A DNA stretch of 64,000 nucleotides, taken from a virus. Of the stretch, positions 58,019 through 64,000 are shown in pieces. The stretch lies in the IMG/VR virus record IMGVR_UViG_3300035698_022014, positions 1 through 64,000 of that record. One strand, 5' to 3'. The position numbers were made by a program, and so were the translations under genes. How positions within the stretch are numbered: the first letter of the stretch is position 1; each line of letters begins with the position of its first letter. The notes below the pieces were generated by a model. It worked only from the letters and a program-made list of their open reading frames with translations. It did no database searches and was not told where the DNA came from.

Positions 58019-58510
58019 TTATTTTGGTATCTTTTCAATTGTGAAAGTGTCGTATTGAAACGTTGCTGTCGCCTGAGGGTAGGTGACGTCTGTATCAGTC
58101 ACATTTAACTGAACATCACTGAGCGATATTGGAAAGCAATTTTTATATTTCACGAGAATGTTTGAGTTCTTCTTGCTGTTCATTATTGTGATCGTTATAT
58201 CTGAAAACAGTCCTTCTACAGTGTTCTGTATTTTCTCGTATTGGCTATGGTTGCTTGGAAATGCTGAACCGACAATCCAATCAAAGATTTCCACGTAGTT
58301 GTTCATGTCTTCATCGATTATAAAAACTAGATCGAGATTTGAGTATGTTATGTTGTCAGGAGTCTGAAACACAGGGTTGAACCTTGTAGGCTGCACAATT
58401 GGTGATGTGCTGATATTTGGGATCGAGGACTGCTGTGTGAAGAACTCGACGTTGGGTAGCCTCTTTATTGCTACCCTGAATTCAAGTGGTGAAAAATAGT
58501 TTGGTACCAT
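58019..58510 (-). CDS. gp3: Tail tube terminator gp3
   Basis: NYFSP..F, FIIDEDMNNY.EI.DW, FPISLS; late promoter at 58558-58565; synteny. Confidence 0.85.
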   Translation of the reverse strand: MVPNYFSPLEFRVAIKRLPNVEFFTQQSSIPNISTSPIVQPTRFNPVFQTPDNITYSNLDLVFIIDEDMNNYVEIFDWIVGSAFPSNHSQYEKIQNTVEGLFSDITITIMNSKKNSNILVKYKNCFPISLSDVQLNVTDTDVTYPQATATFQYDTFTIEKIPK

Positions 58511-58526
58511 GAGATCCTGTTCCCTG

Positions 58527-58555
58527 TTGACTAAGCAATTTCAGACGACTATAGT
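58527..58555 (+). promoter_or_regulatory. Sigma70-like early promoter TTGACT-N17-TATAGT
   Basis: Consensus spacing; similar sites at 58863-58891, 61084-61112 and 62138-62166. Confidence 0.75.
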
Positions 58556-58587
58556 GCTATTTATGTTTAAAGATAAAGGACAGTTCA

Positions 58588-58833
58588 ATGAAACAGAAGC
58601 ACCATGACTTTGATGTAATCAGTGGAGACAGAGTCGAAGACACTCGAGGAAATGTGTACCTAATTACAAGCATCACAGAGTCTGTCGGATATGAATTGAG
58701 CAGACCGTATGGGGGCAGAGTCGTCAACCTAATTTGCGTGTCAGGGCCAAACGCACCAAACGCACGTGACATTAAATATAGGGTGCTGCACGAAATGTCA
58801 CGGAACTCTAAACTATGGAAGTGTAACACCTAG
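58588..58833 (+). CDS. Hypothetical protein
   Basis: AAGGA RBS after early promoter. Confidence 0.6.
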   Translation: MKQKHHDFDVISGDRVEDTRGNVYLITSITESVGYELSRPYGGRVVNLICVSGPNAPNARDIKYRVLHEMSRNSKLWKCNT

Positions 58834-58922
58834 TATACCACAATTTCCAGGAAAAACAACTGTTGACTGTGTGTTCCACAGCCTGTATATAGAACATATA
58901 ACAAACATGAAAGAAAACTAAA

Positions 58923-59117
58923 ATGAAATATGCAATCATCGCTTCTGTCCTGCTTCTGTCAGCTTGTTCTTCGCCATCGATTACAGACCTTGAAAAACAC
59001 CTCCGTGCTGAGGAAGATTTTCACTCGCACCAAGTGTACATCGAAGAACTATACACCAAATATGACCCCGAGTTTGTAGATGACTGTATCTTCTACAAAC
59101 TCGAATGTGGATTTTGA
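58923..59117 (+). CDS. Small lipoprotein
   Basis: Signal peptide MKYAIIASVLLLSA/C with lipobox; own promoter. Confidence 0.7.
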   Translation: MKYAIIASVLLLSACSSPSITDLEKHLRAEEDFHSHQVYIEELYTKYDPEFVDDCIFYKLECGF

Positions 59118-59173
59118 AATAACGATACATCTATTTTACAGTAGCACAAATAAGACGTAGTATAAAAGAGAGT

Positions 59174-60409
59174 GTGGAAATGAAAAAATATCTTGTGGGT
59201 GGTGCAGTTCGTGACATGCAAATGGGCATTGAGCCTAAAGATCTTGATTATGTTGTAGTCGGTGCTACACACGAACAAATGATTGCTGATGGGTTCGAGA
59301 ACGTTGGTGCTGATTTCCCTGTGTACCTCCATCCTGTTACAGGTGATGAGTACGCACTCGCACGACGTGAAAAGAAGACAGGTGTAGGATACATTGGATT
59401 CACATCTGAATTTGATGTGAGTGTGACTCTCGAGGAGGATCTGGGGAGGAGAGACATTACTGCTAACAGCATGGCATATGATATTGATGGTGATGAAGGA
59501 TTAATTGATCCGTTCAATGGCCAAGATGATGTTGCTAACAAAGTTCTTCGTCACACTGGTATTGCCTTTGTTGAAGATCCTGTTCGTGTTCTTCGGATTG
59601 CACGACTTCGCGCAAGGTTTGGCTCAGAGTGGACAGTTGCACCAGAGACAAAGATTTTGATTCATCAGATGGCCAAATCAGGTGTTCTCAATGAGCTGCA
59701 AGCTGAGCGTGTGTGGAAAGAAATGAGTCGTGCACTGATGGAACCAAACCCACAGCTTTTCTTTGATACGTTGCTTGAATGTGATGCGCTCCATGTTATA
59801 TTCCCTGAAATCTACAAACTGCTAACTGCACTAGAAAGCAACCGTTGGCATCCTGAGAAAAACGCCTTTCAACATTCTATGCTTGTACTCGAGCAATCTG
59901 CAAAGTTTGATTTTCCTCTTGATGTGCGCTTTGCATGTCTTGTTCATGATATTGGAAAAGGGCTCACACGTTTCGAGAATCTTCCAAGTCACCTTGGTCA
60001 TGATGTTAATGGGGTAGTTCTTGTAGAATCGTTTGCAAATCGACTTTCTGTTCCTGCAAAGATTCGTGATCACGCGATGAAGGCGACACGCTACCACATG
60101 AGCATGCATAAACTCGACACACTGAACGACAAGACGTTTGTCAAGATGTTTGATGCTATGAATGCTAAGAACGACCCACGCTGCATAGAGGTTTTACTAC
60201 AGGTTGGTATTTGCGATGAGAGAGGGCGTCTTGGTTCCGAAAACAATCCTGTCGACCATCTCAATGTTCTGACTACACTGTTTGAAGCATATCACAGTGT
60301 GAAGTTTGCTGATGTTTTTCCAAACGGTCAAACAAACGTCAACAAGATTAAAGACGGTTTGTACAAGGCAAGAATCCAAGCAATTAAATCAGCTAGAGCC
60401 TCTAGCTGA
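59174..60409 (+). CDS. cca: Multifunctional CCA tRNA nucleotidyltransferase with HD phosphatase domain
   Basis: LVGGAVRD, DLDY, EDLGRRDIT.N, EDPVRVLR, ERVWKE, HDIGKG. Confidence 0.95.
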   Translation: MEMKKYLVGGAVRDMQMGIEPKDLDYVVVGATHEQMIADGFENVGADFPVYLHPVTGDEYALARREKKTGVGYIGFTSEFDVSVTLEEDLGRRDITANSMAYDIDGDEGLIDPFNGQDDVANKVLRHTGIAFVEDPVRVLRIARLRARFGSEWTVAPETKILIHQMAKSGVLNELQAERVWKEMSRALMEPNPQLFFDTLLECDALHVIFPEIYKLLTALESNRWHPEKNAFQHSMLVLEQSAKFDFPLDVRFACLVHDIGKGLTRFENLPSHLGHDVNGVVLVESFANRLSVPAKIRDHAMKATRYHMSMHKLDTLNDKTFVKMFDAMNAKNDPRCIEVLLQVGICDERGRLGSENNPVDHLNVLTTLFEAYHSVKFADVFPNGQTNVNKIKDGLYKARIQAIKSARASS

Positions 60410-60460
60410 TTTGAACTAAATGATAAATAGGGCATCCACGTCATAAAAAGGCTTGCTTTA

Positions 60461-61081
60461 ATGATATCATTTAAACAGCACATGAACGAGAACTATAAGA
60501 ACTTCATAGGTCCCGCTGAAACAAGAGTTCAACGTGAGAAATGGATTGATCAAGTGTGGGACATCGTACAGAAGTCTTATGCACCGATTGGTGGGATTCA
60601 AGGAAGTGGTTTTGGCTCCAAAAAAGACATGATTGAAAAGATCCCCTTCTGGAAATTGTACACCAAGGGGGATAAACTTCTAGCTGCAGCCTTCTATAAA
60701 GATAAGGGTGGGCGAAAGTCAGTTGCAATTGCAACTGACGGGTCTGATGCTGGCAAGAAAGTTGTCGTGGATATATTCAAAGCGTCTCTTGGCGTTTCAT
60801 ATGGTGAAAAGTCAGGGCCTGCTCTTGCAATGATGGTAAAAACAGTCCCGTGGGACGTGTTGCAGAACTTCATGCTCACACCAAAGCAAATAGCAAGAAT
60901 TAGTGGCGTGGATGTAATGACAGTGGCGGAGTTTGGTGTAGAACAGTTGAATCCAAAAGATAAATTTACATACGATAAATTTCCTCAATTACGTCCTTTC
61001 TTCTATGTGAGATCACTTGGTGGAGAGATGCATCTGAAAGCTGCGATGGGAACTCCTAATCTTGATATAATTTCAAAATAG
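60461..61081 (+). CDS. Hypothetical late protein, putative internal head protein
   Basis: Late promoter GATAAATA at 60422-60429; N-terminal FKQHMNE. Confidence 0.6.
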   Translation: MISFKQHMNENYKNFIGPAETRVQREKWIDQVWDIVQKSYAPIGGIQGSGFGSKKDMIEKIPFWKLYTKGDKLLAAAFYKDKGGRKSVAIATDGSDAGKKVVVDIFKASLGVSYGEKSGPALAMMVKTVPWDVLQNFMLTPKQIARISGVDVMTVAEFGVEQLNPKDKFTYDKFPQLRPFFYVRSLGGEMHLKAAMGTPNLDIISK

Positions 61082-61132
61082 CGTTGACGTCCGTCTGTAT
61101 TCAGCTTATAGATATACATAAGGAGACATACA

Positions 61133-61711
61133 GTGCATTACATTTACTTACACGGCTTCAATTCAGCGTATAGACAAGACTCACAGAAGGTTGTTGATCT
61201 TTCCACAATCGGAGAAGTTTCAGGTATTACGTACGATACCTTTGACACGTTCTCGAACATATTAAATCACATCGTCAGCCAAGTTCCTGATTCCTCAGAT
61301 GTTGTGTTTGTTGGAACATCGCTTGGTGGCTTCTGGGCTGCGCATATGGGGAGATACTTTGGTGTCCCCTCTGTCATAATTAACCCATGTACTGATCCGT
61401 TTACAATGCTTCGTAAGTATGTAGGGTTGCCACAAGTCAACTATCAGACAGGCGAAGAACGTACCTTAACACAACGTAACGTGGATACCTATCGCACAGC
61501 TCTGGTGAACGACGAACAGTTTGATCTACTTCCTCTCGTACTTCTCGATATGGGCGATAAAACCATTGATTCACAAGAAACGTTAACCAGACTTCAAGGA
61601 TTCCCTACTAATACGTGGGAAGGTGGAAGTCACCAGTTTGAACACATGAAAGAAGCACTCGAACACGTCGCTGTGTATATCAATCACACCTCATACGTAT
61701 GTAACACGTAA
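61133..61711 (+). CDS. YqiA/YcfP (UPF0227) alpha/beta hydrolase
   Basis: YLHGFNS, GTSLGG, INP, GD, GGSHQF. Confidence 0.88.
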   Translation: MHYIYLHGFNSAYRQDSQKVVDLSTIGEVSGITYDTFDTFSNILNHIVSQVPDSSDVVFVGTSLGGFWAAHMGRYFGVPSVIINPCTDPFTMLRKYVGLPQVNYQTGEERTLTQRNVDTYRTALVNDEQFDLLPLVLLDMGDKTIDSQETLTRLQGFPTNTWEGGSHQFEHMKEALEHVAVYINHTSYVCNT

Positions 61712-61745
61712 CACACACATATACAGTACTGATAAGGTGAGAAAA

Positions 61746-61907
61746 ATGTTTGAGGCTGCTTGCGAGATGTATGGTACTTGTATCGGCGAGATGTACTGTA
61801 AAGAAAAGACTGTCGATCGAATGATGAGCGTCTATAACATCAATGAAGAAGAAGCAGTTGCTCTTGTTGAAGCCGCGTTTGAAGAATGGGTTGAAGCATA
61901 CGAGTAA
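61746..61907 (+). CDS. Small acidic hypothetical protein (53 aa)
   Basis: Manual translation MFEAACEMYG...WVEAYE*; AAGGTGA RBS. Confidence 0.55.
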   Translation: MFEAACEMYGTCIGEMYCKEKTVDRMMSVYNINEEEAVALVEAAFEEWVEAYE

Positions 61908-61944
61908 CACCAACTTATGTCCCACACAATGAAAGTGAATAATA

Positions 61945-62130
61945 ATGTATAATGTCTTTTTTACTCGACCGTACTCCAACAAACCGCAAATTGCCGAGTG
62001 TAGCACGTATACGCGTGCTCTGGAACGTCTCGACGAGGAACTGTCGAACGGCTCTGTCAAATGTCAAATGGTTTCTCAAGGCACATACGAAACTCTTGAG
62101 CGTGAAGAACAATTCCTTTATGAGGACTAA
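61945..62130 (+). CDS. Hypothetical protein
   Basis: ORF in early gene array. Confidence 0.5.
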   Translation: MYNVFFTRPYSNKPQIAECSTYTRALERLDEELSNGSVKCQMVSQGTYETLEREEQFLYED

Positions 62131-62192
62131 AAAGCTGTTGGCCTCAATGAGCTAAACAGGTATCTTTACATTAAGCAATGAAAGGCTTCAAA

Positions 62193-62465
62193 ATGCAAAA
62201 AGAAATAGAAACTCTGATTCAGACAGTCGCCAATAACTACTTCACGTACACGGATCTGTATCCCAAAATCACACGCACAGAAGGCAAAAAGTACATCCGT
62301 ATTTCTGTAAACAATTCTGCGTGGGGCTTTGTTGTGAAAGAAGATGGTGGGAAGTTTCGTAAGGGGGACATCTTGAAAGCTGCTGGATACTCCACTCCAG
62401 CTAAAAACTTCTCACGTGGCAACATCTTAGATGGTGGATATGCAGCTTCGTGGACAGGAGCTTGA
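62193..62465 (+). CDS. Conserved phage hypothetical protein
   Basis: GKKYIRI...GFV...GDILKAAG..PAKN.SRGNI motif common in myoviruses. Confidence 0.7.
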   Translation: MQKEIETLIQTVANNYFTYTDLYPKITRTEGKKYIRISVNNSAWGFVVKEDGGKFRKGDILKAAGYSTPAKNFSRGNILDGGYAASWTGA

Positions 62466-63070
62466 TTAAAATTCAAGGTAAAATCGACCGTGAAGTAAAC
62501 GTTGCTTGTTCAGGTGGAGTCGACTCCATGGCTGTTGTCGACTTCCTGATGCAAAACCACAAAGTGAATTTGTTGTTTTTTGATCATGGTACAGAGACAT
62601 CAACTGATGCAAGAAACTTCATCACAGAGAAATTCACACAAAGAGAATTTTCTGATGGAACACGTGTTGAATTTGGCAACGTCCAAAACAGGAAAACAAA
62701 ATCTGAATCGTGGGAAGAATATTGGAGGAATGAACGATATGCGTGGTTCCACTCATTTGACAGTCCTGTTATTACCTGTCACCATCTTGACGACTGTGTT
62801 GAAACGTGGCTATGGTCATCCATTCATGGGAACGGTAAGATTATCCCATATGCAAACCTAAACGTCATCCGTCCGTTCCGCCAGAACAGAAAAACAGAAT
62901 TTACCAACTGGGCAAGACGAAAGGACATCTCTTGGATCGAGGATGCATCTAATCAAGATGTGAAACACATGAGAAACTTCATTCGTCGTGATCTCATGCC
63001 TAAAGCATTGGTTGTCAACCCTGGACTGCACAAAGTTGTGGAAAAGAAGGTTGTGGCAGATGCACCCTAA
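62462..63070 (+). CDS. tilS: tRNA(Ile)-lysidine synthetase-like, catalytic domain only
   Basis: ACSGGVDS, FDHG, RNERY, HHLDDCVET, IRP, WIEDASN, RNFIR. Confidence 0.88.
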   Translation: MIKIQGKIDREVNVACSGGVDSMAVVDFLMQNHKVNLLFFDHGTETSTDARNFITEKFTQREFSDGTRVEFGNVQNRKTKSESWEEYWRNERYAWFHSFDSPVITCHHLDDCVETWLWSSIHGNGKIIPYANLNVIRPFRQNRKTEFTNWARRKDISWIEDASNQDVKHMRNFIRRDLMPKALVVNPGLHKVVEKKVVADAP

Positions 63071-63230
63071 CGATGACGAATATAAGCAGTTCAAACAATC
63101 TTTTTGGTTGTGGTTTGACGAACTCTCGATTAAAGACAAAGATAAGTTCTGGAGTTATAAAGATGACATATCTGAAACAAACTACTATTTCTCTATGTGG
63201 TCAAAAATTAACAAGGACAACTACAAATGA
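63060..63230 (+). CDS. Hypothetical protein
   Basis: Overlaps both neighbours. Confidence 0.5.
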   Translation: MHPNDDEYKQFKQSFWLWFDELSIKDKDKFWSYKDDISETNYYFSMWSKINKDNYK

Positions 63231-63590
63231 AGCCTCCAATTCACGCGCGGAACTGAGTTCCGCGATATGGTGGAACAGTTGAAAACTATATCGAAATTCA
63301 CAACTGGTTTGACAGTACAAAAGCGTCCACAGCAAATTTTTACCATCGAGCAATCCTCCACAACACGTTTGGGATCTTCCTCTGTGAGCAGTTGTTTGGT
63401 GTTTACATCACCAATACAGATGGCAAGCAAATATCTGTTCGGGACATTGCTGAGGATCATGTTAAAGAAGATTGTCAAGGTAAGATCCCTACCATCGACC
63501 ATCCAATCTTGGGGATTTGCCTCCACAAGATTGGATGGTCGGCAAAGGTTTGCGAAAGCACATAATTAATATGGGAATGGAGGCTGATTA
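63227..63590 (+). pseudogene. DUF6915-like gene with in-frame TGA (63254-63256) and probable 3' frameshift
   Basis: Manual translation MKPPIHARN*VPRYGG..YIEIHNWFDSTK..HRAILHNTFGIFLCEQLFG..NTDGKQISVRDIAEDHVKED..IPT. Confidence 0.65.
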
Positions 63591-63878
63591 ATGGAAAGAC
63601 AAGAGTTTAACGAGATTGTAGATGGTGATAGTGAAGATTATTTGCACGTCAATGAGGTAACGATCAAAGATCAGAGTCGGTGGTCAATCTACAAGAGTAT
63701 TGTAGTGCAACAGTTTTCGACAGCGAAATTCTTCGAGTGTTATTGGGGCGAAGGCGCCACAGAGATACAAGATGGCCAAGACGAGATGTGGACTTTTCAT
63801 GAGGTCGAATCATACACTGTTTCAGAAACAAAATGGAGGCCCGTCAAAGATGGGATTTTAATTGAAGGGAGTCGTTAA
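63591..63878 (+). CDS. Conserved phage hypothetical protein
   Basis: SRW...GATEIQD motif; GGAGG RBS. Confidence 0.65.
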   Translation: MERQEFNEIVDGDSEDYLHVNEVTIKDQSRWSIYKSIVVQQFSTAKFFECYWGEGATEIQDGQDEMWTFHEVESYTVSETKWRPVKDGILIEGSR

Positions 63879-63880
63879 AA

Positions 63881-64000
63881 ATGGACACGAAAGTACTCAA
63901 ACTGCTGAAATTTGAATGTGATGATCTTAACAACCAGACAAAAGCGTTAAAGACGAAGATGCAAGCGAAGTCGCGTGACCTGATGGTAGAAGGGTTCAAA
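63881..64000 (+). CDS. Hypothetical protein, partial
   Basis: GGGAG RBS, open to window edge. Confidence 0.5.
   Translation, partial: MDTKVLKLLKFECDDLNNQTKALKTKMQAKSRDLMVEGFK

Noticed and set aside
62462-63070. QueC completing a preQ0 pathway
   Set aside because: The SGGxDS PP-loop is shared, but the other motifs are TilS-type and the QueC Cys zinc cluster is missing
58500-64000. tRNA genes near cca and tilS
   Set aside because: No cloverleaf or T-loop pattern recognised in the short intergenic gaps; tRNAscan-SE needed to confirm

Overview
64 kb of a T4-like myovirus genome, probably an aquatic phage of a proteobacterial host (host is inferred). 1-26.8 kb (- strand) is a tail-fibre and baseplate block: collagen-like fibre, large virion proteins, a Gly-rich Hint-domain protein, an S74-chaperone fibre, a VrlC/DUF4815-like protein, gp8, gp7, gp6, gp25, an M15 peptidase protein, gp5, hub, gp53 and gp48. 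27-31.4 kb (+) has gp4, gp2, gp54, gp26, gp51 and a gp29-like tape measure. 31.5-58.5 kb (-) is the replication and regulation block: dut, regA, gp62/44/45, dexA-like, denV, a split gp43, gp46/47, gp55, uvsW/uvsY and gp3. Inside it lies a 7-deazaguanine DNA-modification cluster (queD, queE, a purine phosphoribosyltransferase, folE, a DpdL-like T-fold protein, a TGT/DpdA-like protein, DUF3310 and a second dUTPase-fold enzyme) and a 1237-aa putatively virion-packaged PARP-type ADP-ribosyltransferase. 58.6-64 kb (+) has early genes including a CCA-adding enzyme and TilS. Best leads: (1) a preQ1-I-like pseudoknot in the queD leader that competes with an anti-Shine-Dalgarno helix, plus a 12-nt motif shared by the queE and folE leaders; (2) a gene set suggesting a nucleotide-level route to 7-deazaguanine DNA; (3) gp43 split inside the exonuclease domain; (4) the capsid-targeted PARP-like enzyme. 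Several single-base gene disruptions could be consensus errors. All family calls come from motif recognition and synteny, with no database search.
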